Shown one piece after another: positions 1-11,735 of a stretch of 64,000 nt of DNA. A program made the translations under genes and the position numbers. The DNA comes from Lingula anatina (Eukaryota; Animalia; Brachiopoda): contig CM120640.1 in NCBI GenBank assembly GCA_051362555.1, forward strand, positions 14,198,001 to 14,262,000. Reading direction: 5' to 3'. The notes below the pieces were generated by a model. It saw only the letters and a program-made list of their open reading frames with translations. It was not told the origin of the DNA and searched no databases. How positions within the stretch are numbered: the stretch's first letter is position 1; every line of letters starts with the position of its first letter.

Positions 1-390
1 GAGGTCAAAGGTCAAATCCAAGGGTATATTTGAAATCTACACATATGACTTTTGGAAAGCCGTCTATAGAAATTTTTCCCACAACTCCTTCCGTAGGGTA
101 GATAATTAGCATTTAATTTTGCCATTTTTAGACAAGGGTGCATTGCAATGAGTGCCACACCCAGACCCCAATACCGACAAAGCCCAAATTTTACGTGGAA
201 CGAGTTGAGATTATAGGTGACCTAAATCCATGAGATGGGTACGGGGGCCCTTACCGTCTAGGAGGAGAAGCGGTAACGGTAGCCGTCCGGCGGAGCCGGC
301 GGAGCCGGCAGAGCCGCAGGAGCCGGCGGAACGATCCGGACGGGACCGAAACCATGTGTACCGCCAGCGCTAACGCTGGTGGTACAATGA
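1..390. mobile_element. Non-autonomous repeat fragment (HINE/MITE-like) in a BRIP1 intron
   Basis: GGAGCCGGC-type microsatellite at about 290-330, followed by a 13-bp hairpin TGTACCGCCAGCG-CTAA-CGCTGGTGGTACA (357-386). Confidence 0.55.
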
Positions 391-543
391 ATGCTTTCTT
401 CCTCCGACCCAAAAGATGGATCATAGCACTTTACTATACTGAAACGCACTGCTGCAGAAGTCCCTAAATTGCCTATTTGATTTTGGAAAAAAAGTGGAGG
501 GAGTCTCAGGTCTTATTCGATCTACTGAAGGCCAGTTCCTTAC

Positions 544-599
544 CACAGCAGGATTGAGGCACCAGAAGTTCAGAGAATACAGCCATTCTGTCACATAAC
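544..599 (-). CDS. BRIP1: BRIP1 exon ([19 protein letters not shown])
   Basis: Conserved [10 protein letters not shown]; ttttcag| acceptor, GTG|gtaagg donor. Confidence 0.93.
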
Positions 600-3500
600 C
601 TGAAAAAAAAAACAAGGCAGCAAAGCTGTCAAATGTACAGACAAAAAACAGGAAATAACTATGCACAAAATAGGCTACTGTCAATTCTGATGCAAAAGTA
701 CATTATGTTAAACTGCAAATTCAACATCAAATTTTAATTATGCTCAACAGGTAATACCAATGTAAGTAAAACGTGTAACAAGCATAAGGCTTCAGGCCCA
801 TGGGAGTTCAAGTTCACACTTTGAAAATGTATAACTTCCAGAAAAAGAAGCCAATTAGACTACTTTTCCAACCCAGGCTGCATTTTAGTCCTGCATTTCT
901 TTTTTGAACATTTGGCAATCATAAGTAACATGGTTTTCCCATAATGGTCATCATGGCAGCAGCACCCATAATTGTTTTCTTCTATTCTGATGCAATATTA
1001 CATATTGGTTAACAGCATAATGACCGTCAATTTTTAATAATAAAATATATACGTATCATGGATTTTCAGAAAATGTGACTAGCATGGGTCTTCAAGCATG
1101 TAGAACTTCAAAGTCACACCTTGAAAATGCCAATATGTGAAATATGCTGAAAAGTGAAAAAAAAAGCATAACTTCTACAATAATGGCCCAATCATGCTGA
1201 TTTTCGAACTTGACCTGCGTTTTATGAATATTCATCAGCTCTGTAAATATAAAGCCCAAAAGTAAAACTGCCTTCCACTTATCGTGTTTACAATGAAAGT
1301 GCAAGGCGCCAGTGACGGTGGTGACGGCGCTGACGGCGAAGACAGACGCAGGTGATGGCAATATGTACAGACACATTTTTGACACATCTGTACATATTTA
1401 CTGTACTGTTTGAGAACAGTAAGTGACATGGTTTTTCTTAAATGTTCATCATGGGAGCAGTGCCCAAAGTAGGTTTTTTTCAAATTTTGATGCAATATTA
1501 CATAATGTTTAACAGCATAATGACCATCAAATTTTAATAATAAAATATTAGTATCATGGATATTCAGAAAATGTGACTAGCAAAGGTCTTCAGGCCCATG
1601 GAACTTCAAAGTCACAACTTGAAAATGCCAAAATGTAAATAAGACAGCACTGTTCTGAAATGTTTTTTTCCCCATTTTTAACAATTTTTAACATAAAACA
1701 AAATTAACAGTTTACTGCCATTTTTATATGATCAACTAAGAAAATTGATGAGATGGGAAAAATATCAATAAAGCAGTGTTAAATGTCCAATTTCTTCCAT
1801 TCTGAGATTCTGAACATAGTGAATGATTGAATCTGACAAACTGCAATGATATGAGTTTATTTCCATTTTTGAAACTTTATTACACAATACACGATAACAA
1901 GTTTACCATCATTTTTACAAAATCAACTAACAATGTTGTAAAGATGCAGGAAATGTCAAATAAAAACTTTTACGTATCTTATTAGTTTAAAAATGAGACT
2001 GTTAACATGCCTAAGAATTGAATCTGAGGAAATGTGAAAAATATGCTGAAAAGTGAAAAAACAGCATAACTTCTACAATAATGGCCCGATCATGCTGATT
2101 TTCGAACTTGACCTGCATTTTATGAATATTCATCAGCTCTGTAAATATAAAGCCAAAAAGTAAAACTGCCCTCCACTTATCGTGTTTACAAGGAAAGTGC
2201 ACGGCATCGGCATCGGCATCGGCATCGCCATCGGCGACGACAGACGCAGGTGATGGCAATATGTACAGACACATCTGTGTCTGTACATAAAAAGGACAAT
2301 TTAAATCGCTTTACAGAGCCCTATGTACATATCTACTTGACCTAGACAACTAGCATTATAACTATCAGCAACTGAGGCTTGTACTTAACTCTTCAACGCT
2401 TTTTTTAGATACTGGTTTTCCATGAATAAAAAATAATCAAATTATAACAAGCATTTAAAATTTATATGCTCTTACCATTTCTTGGGCGCCTTTTTGATAG
2501 CCACTGGTTCTCCTGAGAAATATGAAATGTTATAATCAGTGAGAAAGGTCTTACTTTTCTGAAACCAATTGAAAATAATACTAAAATTTTCTGCTTCTTC
2601 ATCTTCCCATTTCAGTGATCTTAAGTTCATCACATTTTAAGGTTGAACTGTTAATTAGCAGATTCAAAGTTATTTTTTACTCACCACATTTGCTCTTTTA
2701 TGGGTTAATGTCTTTACCAAAGCTAACCTGCAAAAAACAATAAGCATAATACAGAATGAATCGTTTCTGTGACATATGTTAAACAGACTAGAGTTCTAAA
2801 TTTTTTCAACTGAAACATGTAACTGTAATTACACGTCTCCTTGATCTAAGCTAATTTGAATATATCGACATGCTGATAAAGTAATGTGACAAACTCAAGT
2901 ATGATGTTCGAATACACTTTTTCAGTCCTCTAAATACAATGTTCAGTGAAAACAAGGCAGCAAAGCTGTCAAATGTACAGACAAAAAACAGGAAATAACT
3001 ATGCACAAAATAGGCTACTGTCAATTCTGATGCAAAAGTACATTCCTTAAAATGTGTTTACAGTGTTGCATATATGCTGAAAAGTGAAAAAACAGCATAA
3101 CTTCTACAATAATGGCCCGATCATGCTGATTTTCGAACTTGACCTGCGTTTTATGAATATTCATCAGCTCTGTAAATATTATGCCAAAAAGTAAAACTGC
3201 CCTCCACTTATCGTGTTTACAATGAAAGTGCACGGCGCCGGCGACAGCGACAGTGACGGCGACAACAGACACAGGTGATGGCAATATGTACAGACACATC
3301 TGTACATATTTACTGTACTGTTTGAGAACAGTAAGTGACATGGTTTCTCTTACATGGTCATCATGGGAGCAGTGCCCAAAATAGGTTTTTTTCAAATTTT
3401 GATGCAATAATACATAATGTTTAACAGCATAATGACCATCATTTTTTAATAATTAAATATTAGTATCATGGATATTCAGAAAATGTGACTAGCAAAGTTC

Positions 3501-6500
3501 TTCAGGCCCATGGAACTTCAAAGTCACAACTTGAAAATGCCAAAATGTAAACAAGACAGCACTGTTCTGAAATGTTTTTTTTTTTTTCATTTTTAACAAT
3601 TTTTTTAAACATAAAACAAAATTAACAGGTTACTGCCATTTTTATACAATCAACTGAGAAAATTGATGAGATGGGAAAAATATCAATAGAATAGTGTTTA
3701 ATGTCCAATTTCCTCCATTCTAAGATTCTGAACATACTGAATGATTGAATCTGACAAACTGCAATGATATGAGTTTATTTCCATTTTTGAAACTTTATTA
3801 CACAATACACGATAACAAGTTTACCATCATTTTTACATATTCAACTAACAATGTTGTAAAGATGCAGGAAATGTCAAACAAACACTTTTACATGTCTTAT
3901 TAGTTAAATAATGAGACTGTTAACATGCCTAAGAATTGAATCTGAGGAAATGTGAAACAAGACAGCTCTGTTCTGACATGGGTTTATTTCCATTTTTAAC
4001 ACTTTTTTTAACATAAAACAAAATTAACAGTTTACTGCCATTTTTATATGATCAACTAAGAAAATTGATGAGATGAGAAAAATTTCAATAGAATAGTGTT
4101 TAATGTCCAATTTCCTCCATTCTGAGATTCTGAACATAGTGAATGATTGAATCTGACAAACTGCAATGATATGAGTTTATTTCCATTTTTGACGCTTTAT
4201 TACACAATACACGCTAACAAGTTTACCATCATTTTTACATAATCAACTAACAATATTGTAAAGATGCAGGAAATGTCAAACAAACACTTTTACGTATCTT
4301 ATTAGTTCAGTAATGAGACTGTTAACATTGCCTAAGAGTTGAATCTGAGGCAATGTGAAAAAACAGCTTAACTTCTAAAATAATGCCCCGATTATGCTGA
4401 TTTTCGAACTCAACCTGCGTTTTAGTAAGATTGACCACTCCTGTGAGTTTAATGACAATTGGCCCATCTGTTTTTCTTATATTGTGTTTACGGTGTTGCA
4501 TATATGCTGAAAAATGAAAAAACAGCATAACTACTAAAATAGTGGCCCGATCATGCCGATTTTCGAACTTGACCTGCATTTTAGTAAGATTGATTATTCC
4601 TGTGAGTTTCATGACAACAGGCCTAACGGTTTGCCTTAAAATGTGTTTACAGGGTTGCATATATGCTGAAAAGTGAAAAAACAGCATAACTTATACAATA
4701 ATGGCCCGATCATGCTGATTTTCGAACTTGATCTGCGTTTTATGAATATTCATCAGCTCTGTAAATATAAAGCCAAAAAGTAAAACTGCCCTCCACTTAT
4801 CGTGTTTACAAGGAAAGTGCACGGCGCCGGCGACGACAGACGCAGGTGATGGCAATATGTACAGACACATCTGTGTCTGTACATAAAAATGACCATTTTT
4901 CTTCTCTGCATGCCAACCCTAATCCCAGATTTGAAAATACAATTTGTAAAAAACAGTAAACTAACTTGTAATCATCCAAAAACTTCATTCCATTTTGGAA
5001 AACAAAGCTCAGCACCATGAATAGTCCCTTCAACACTTGAGTTGTTCCCCCATTCAGCTTTGGAGTTTCCATTGCCATTGCTGTATGCTTGTTCTCCTGT
5101 TCTTCTTCTTGAATCTTCTTGAAATGTTGCTTAAAAGATAAAAAACAGGTATTTTTTAATAAAAACCTCCCTATACAGTTGGCAAATTAAGCTTATGCTA
5201 ACCACCAACATAAATACGCAGATACCTAACAGAACAACTCAACGGGCATCTCATAGAAATATCCTTTTCTTACTATCAACATGGGGTAAGCTTCTGGTCC
5301 TATCCCCATATGTTGTAGCCTAGCAACCATGTCTATGCCTCCCCAGAATTTGGCTCCGCCACTGAAGTCCTTCTGCTCCACTGCAGACCCCGTCTCATCC
5401 AGAAATGTCTGTATGCTTTCACACTGGAACAAAGGTGGTGCAAACTGTTGACTGCCATACTTTATGGGAAGCATGGGTACATGGACATGCAAACTCCAAA
5501 CTAATTAAATTTTAATACTTAAGCAGGAAAAAGATTTTGTATGACAAAACATTTAAGAATTTTTTGCCACGGTTTGAATTATTTGATGCAATGATATGTC
5601 TTTATGAGCCAAATAAATTAATATATACTCGCATGAAAAATACTGTATCAATAGTGCACAACATTTTCTTGACAGTTCTACAAAAATGAATGAAAACATC
5701 ACACTGACATTGAAGATTCATATCAAGAAAAATGTTTTACCATGGATTTCAAAGCCAGGTAATTATCCACTTTAATATTTTGGTCCACTGAAAAGAAGAA
5801 AAAAACACAGTAAGACAACAATATATATAAAACAAGTTTGAATAACACCCAATAAATGCACACAAAAATCTTTATCTCCATATGACAATTCAACCTTTAA
5901 CTGCAAGCACCCTGTGGTTTCACAAAAATTACAATACAAAACATTTACGTACTTCCAACACAATATGAAACAATGAAAATTACCCATGAATTTGATATCC
6001 TCAATGGCCTTCCTGAGCTGCTCTTGGTTGATGGAGTAGCTGGCAGCCTCTCTGGCAGCGTCCTCTATGTTATGGGCCTCATCTAAGATTACAATTTGGT
6101 CCTCTAAAGCAATCTCCATCTGCAATAGTATAAAGAGAATATCTGTCACAGAATGCATGATGTGAAACCAATGTACATAATGCATTTTACAACCATCAAT
6201 AGAATACAAGAGAACAGAATTTACACAAAGTTAAATATCACTTTTATTAAAATAAATTTATGTATGTGTAAAAAAGCAAATAATTTTTAGTTGGACAGAC
6301 TTTTCAACCTTGGATGTTTGACAGAGAATGAAAACTTCATAAGTGGAAAAAACATATTTCCTTTTTTTAATTTAGGATTATGCTGCTTCACATAATTTCT
6401 TTGTAAAACCACAACCCCAAGATACTTACATTTTCTCTTATAACAGGATCTATTAAATAATTATAGGGACAGAAAATTATCTGAGCATCAGTCTTTAACC

Positions 6501-9500
6501 CCCTTGCACCATAATATGGGCAAGCCTAAAATTTTGAAAAAGATATGATATTGATATCTTAGCCATAAAAATAACAAGCACTGTCATTAACAGAATATGT
6601 ATACTTAGTTTAGATCACTTTGGGATATTATTTGATAATCTGAATGTCTTTATTTAAAATACTGCTAATCATTTGGAATATAAAGACTGCTGAGGCAAAA
6701 ATAAACTCGTACTGACAAAATGGACAGGTTGTATTATTTTGACACTCAAATGAAAAAGAACTGAAAAAATTTTCATATGCAGTACACATACTCTTTTTTT
6801 CTTGCAGACTCCAACAAAATCTTCAATATCCCAAGCTGTTGCCAGTCCATAGGCCCTGATGCTGCTCTGGTTAATCCTGTACACATTCTCAAAGTAGTTG
6901 CATTGGTTGTGCTGGACATTAAAAGAGGAAAATTTCATTTGTCTCATCATATGTGGACTACAGAATGGGTGGATTTTTCAGTGGAAGGGAAGGCAGTCCT
7001 GTATCCAGCAGTATGAAAGGGGTCTTCATTTTTTCAATGTGGACCTTTTAACCCCCCTTATATTGGATGACCCAACTTGAGGAATGACATAAAAACCTTG
7101 AAGAAATTTCGATTCTGAGCAAACCTTTTTCAGCCAAAAGGGTGGTTCTTTTTTAAAATCTTCCTGCCTTTGGGCCTGGTAGACATGTTAATAAAATAGA
7201 ACTGTAGCAACAAACTGTAATAACATTACATCTGTACATTATATGATCCATAATTATAATAGCCAATATGTGACACAAATCTAGATCATATCCACCACCA
7301 ACTATGCGGCTTGTTACATTTTAAGTGTTCACAAAAAGAAAACATAACAAGCACACAGCCAGAATATCAGCACACTACATACGTACGTCCAATTTTTCCC
7401 TGCATCCGTCATTTTTATTAGGGCCATTGGACACCTCTGGGTGGATACAGGTGTGCTCACGGCTGGAGAGGATACACATCCTGTGAAAAGAAAGAAATAA
7501 AAGAATCACCCATACTCTTGTACATGCCATTTTTTTGTGTTCCATTAAAACATTGTCTCTTAGTTTCAAATTGCGTTAAAGACAGTAAAAAAATTGCTCC
7601 AACAGATGTATAGTCCTTTTCTTGATATAACTCATATCAGCACTCAGTTTGGCCCTCTACAATTATTGATTAAGTATAAATCAACCTTTATATATTGTCT
7701 TTAATTTATCTCTTGAAGGAAAAATTGAAATGCCCAAAGAAGGAAATACAAGGGCAGTTCTGCACTTCTTTGATTCTCTACCTGCAGTTCAATGCACATT
7801 TGCCTTTCTGAGGGCTGTTCATTGTTATTTTGCCTCTTTGAGGGATGTTCTGCACTTACTTTGCCTCCCTATATGCAGTTCTGCCAAGTTCATGAACAAT
7901 CTGAGATATCTGCTTGTGAGTCCTGGTTCCAAAGTAAATTTTTGGCACTCTGAAAAAATAAACCTATAAGTAAAGCAGGAGGTAATCATTTGTATATTCA
8001 ACAAAATAACAACAAAAATAATATACTAATAAAAAAATAATCAAACTGCAAAATCTTACACTTCTGAATAAAACATATAACAATACTCATACCAAGAGAA
8101 GCAATTTCATTATCCCCACATTAAAATTTTTCTCTCCCTGATTCCATCGTTCCACATACTTTTGTAAAGTTTTCAAATATCAAAACTTAAAGATATTGAT
8201 ATCAACATACTTCCTTCTCTCTCCAGATAAGTTGTCCCCACCAGCAGCACAGTCTGCCTCCTTATTTTTCCTCCTGCACACACAGGCAGCACAGGGCGTG
8301 GCAGCGGGTGTGGCATTGGTCAGCTGGGCAGCATAGGATGACCCCACAGTACTAGTGATCTGCATTGTCCAGGCAGGGGGTCCAGCCGGAGGTGGGTTGA
8401 CCACTGAGGGTCCACTCTTTTCTTCCTCCTCCTCATCCTCGTACGCGATACCCTTGTGGACTCTTTTGACTCCTACTTGCCCACCTGGAGTGCGGAATTT
8501 TTTGGTGGGGCGGAAGTCTTCATCTTCTTTCTCTGCTCTGTTTTGATTGGATTGGATTGTGTAAGTGCTGCCACCTATTGTGGGGTTTTCCTTCATGTCA
8601 GACGTCCCAGCAGCAGTGGTATTGCTCCCTCTGCTTACAGTGTTTGGTGGAGTTTCACCTAGGTGACAATAGCACAAGTCTAATTTATAAACATAATAAA
8701 TTAGACTTGTGCTTTTGTCACCTAGATGAAACTAAATGGAAAATGAATAAATAATCCTCCACACACAAAAAAATAATTCATGTTACTTTTTCAATCTGAT
8801 TCTTAACTATAGCACTTAACTATTGGTCACTGAAGTAGTATTCATAAACAGAAGGTGAAGTGGAGAAGCAAGTTTTAGTACGGGCCATGCAAGGCTCTTT
8901 CGTGTACTAAGATGCAAGAAAATGTCTAAAGTGATTTTGGTTCTGGCACAGAGGACCTTGAAAGTAACAGCAGCAACCAAGTCAATATGGGCAAAGTTTT
9001 TTGATTTACTAAAATCTATTTTTGCAAAATTAGTTCGATTCAGTCACAGAGCAACAAAATGGTTCCAGTGAAGTTTTTGAGAAAAAGATCAAGACTTACA
9101 ACTCAAAAGAGAAGGAAACAGGGTCTCCTATAGCTGAGTTAGACATTTTGGAGAAGCTAGAGCAGCTTGAATCCAGAGCACACAATAACAATGACACAGA
9201 GCAACAAACTCAATCAACCATATTTTTTGACAAAAAGATTGAGACATCTGAGATTTGCGATTCAAAGCAGAAGAAAACAAGCCTGAGGACCTCACATAGC
9301 TTCAATTCCTACATTATTTAGAGGCTAGAGAAGCTTGAATGCAGAGCACACTATGACAAGAAATCCATCCAAATAATTGTAAGTCTCAAAGAGAAAGTGC
9401 TCGTGTGTAATAAACATATCCGCACTGCCAATTCTTCCCCTGTCGGTTGGATCAGAGTCAAAGACTATCAAATAGCTTATTATGCTGATGATTCTGGTGA

Positions 9501-11699
9501 AAAATAAAAAATTTAAAGAACAGAGAGCTTGGCCAAGGTAACCGAAATAATCCAGATTGTATCAAATACCCTTATAGCTCCTGGAGCAACGACATTCTTG
9601 CCTTACCTAACCCCTACTACAGCAGCAGGTTCAGCCAGTCAAATGAATCCTTGTGTTTATAGTTTTCCTACTACTCAGTTTCTGTTTTTTCGTGGGACTT
9701 GCTGACCAAGACCTTAGGACCTTTGCTCCCATTGAATCTGACCAACTCATTGGAAAACAATCTGCTGGGAAAGCCTCATGGAACCAAAGTGAAGTTTTTC
9801 AGATATTTCTTGTCTCAAGGATGGATCAGGGGTAAAATTAGAGAGGGGTGAGAAATGGCCATTGTCCTTATCGGAAGGTCAAACAATTTTCACGCATAGA
9901 TAGAAAACCCTGAATTGTGGGAACGTTACTAATGAAGCCACTGGAGTAGATGTCGGTCCATAGATGACACAGCTTGACTGACAAGTGACAGGTTGTCAAA
10001 AACAGAAGACCCAGGTGTAATAGTTTTAATCCAAGAATGTCTTCTTGACCACCTCCAAAAAAAATTTTATATGTATTTCTATCAATTTGTGGAATCCAGA
10101 AATTTGTCCACAATGATGAACGTAGCTTGTTATGCAACAAAATGGGCTCAGAATTGAACTGATTTTTCCCATCCCACAGATTCCTATTTCTCAAAAAGCA
10201 TCAAAGAAGGAGCTATTTGAGAAGTTTCTAGTGCAACAATGCAGAAAAAAATATTTTACATAAACATTGAACAGTTTTAGTAGATAAGTACACAAATGAA
10301 CATTCCTCTTTATCAGACATTCAAATAGCCTGTGTGTGTTTTTTCAGTTATGCAGGGCTTTTACATTTTTTGAACTTTCGCACATTAAGAGTAAGGACAA
10401 TTTTTTTCAAAGATCATATGAAAATTTATATCAAGAGATGTAAATACAGGTGCAAAAATATGTATAGCAAGAACTTTTTCTAAAACATGTCCAGTAGCTC
10501 TCTTATCAAGATACTTGACTTCAGCAGATGTATTAATCACTTAGTCAGTGTATTTTTGTAAAAAAAAAAATTATTGATTAAAACAAAAAATAAAATAAAT
10601 AAAAGTTAAAGCATACAAATTAAGAAATGGAAACATTTCTCTTTCATATGGAAGGGCTAGAGAAATTTATTTATCAGCTTTTAAAAGTTTTGGTTTGGAT
10701 GAAAACCAATTTGCTACTCATGGCTTAGGATCAGGTGGGGCCACTGTAGCAGCAAGTCAAGGAGTACGGGACAGATTATTCAAAAGACATGGAAGATGGA
10801 AATCTGAGAATGCAAAACACAGCCACATAAAAGAGAATTTCAGGGAAATAATGTTGTTTCAACAATGAATTGACTAGTAATCTTTCTTTATCGTCAAAAA
10901 TAAAGTACAAGAAATGCGCAATTCATACCATAATACTGAGTCTGTGTTCATATTATAAATATTGTACAAAAGTTTGAGAGCAACGAATCAGAACATGAAG
11001 TAAGTATATTTACCTTGGAGTGCACTGGCTGTAATGTGACTGTGTACCAGCAGTGGGTGTGGCTGGACATAGGGAGGTTCCAGGCCAGTGGGGTAGAGAC
11101 CACTTGAAGGGTTCCCAGCTCCACAGGTACAGGGACCAACTGGACTGCTAGCTAATGAGATAAAGATTACAAAGTGGGGTTAGCCTACCCTTTAGGGACC
11201 ATTCCCAGACCCTATTGTAATAACTGTGGATCAATCTATCTCCAAGGGAATTCACTCTAAATTGCAACTGAATAAACTTAAGCAGCTTGCTTAGATGTCT
11301 GTCACACCTACTGAGCCTCTAAGCCTCTTAAGCTGAAAGCAATTTAGCGAGAAACCCCTCAAAGATGGATCGATCCTGTTAGATCGACCTAGGTATGGGA
11401 ACCCAGTCTTATGTACCCCTAAAAGTTAACAATACTTCAACTTGGTCTTTGCTATGCAAGTCATCATGTGAACTAATTCAAATATCTGACACTTACCTAC
11501 ATTTGGGAAACTTTCTTCAGATACTGCAAAGGTACAATCAATATTTGTTAATTATGTACAGAGCCAAAATAATTTGTTTTACCTAGCACAGGTACTGAAG
11601 TGATACACTACAATGACTTTTTAAAAACATGGTTGAAGAAAAGTAAGAATGACTTAATTAATATTATCAAAATTGCCAGAAAGTAAGAATATTCAGTAC

Positions 11700-11735
<36 letters not shown>

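Noticed and set aside
1-15. GAGGTCAAAGGTCAA nuclear-receptor DR1 motif
   Set aside because: It sits in repeat-like intronic sequence at the window edge; nothing supports a regulatory role.
1092-4687. Family of similar short ORFs ([12 protein letters not shown]..., [11 protein letters not shown]...) that looks like a paralogous peptide cluster
   Set aside because: They are translations of the repeated HINE-like blocks inside BRIP1 introns; frames and stops vary between copies.
7030-7175. Candidate extra BRIP1 exon after an accag acceptor
   Set aside because: It reaches a stop codon without a good donor, and the flanking exons already join in frame with correct Fe-S Cys spacing.
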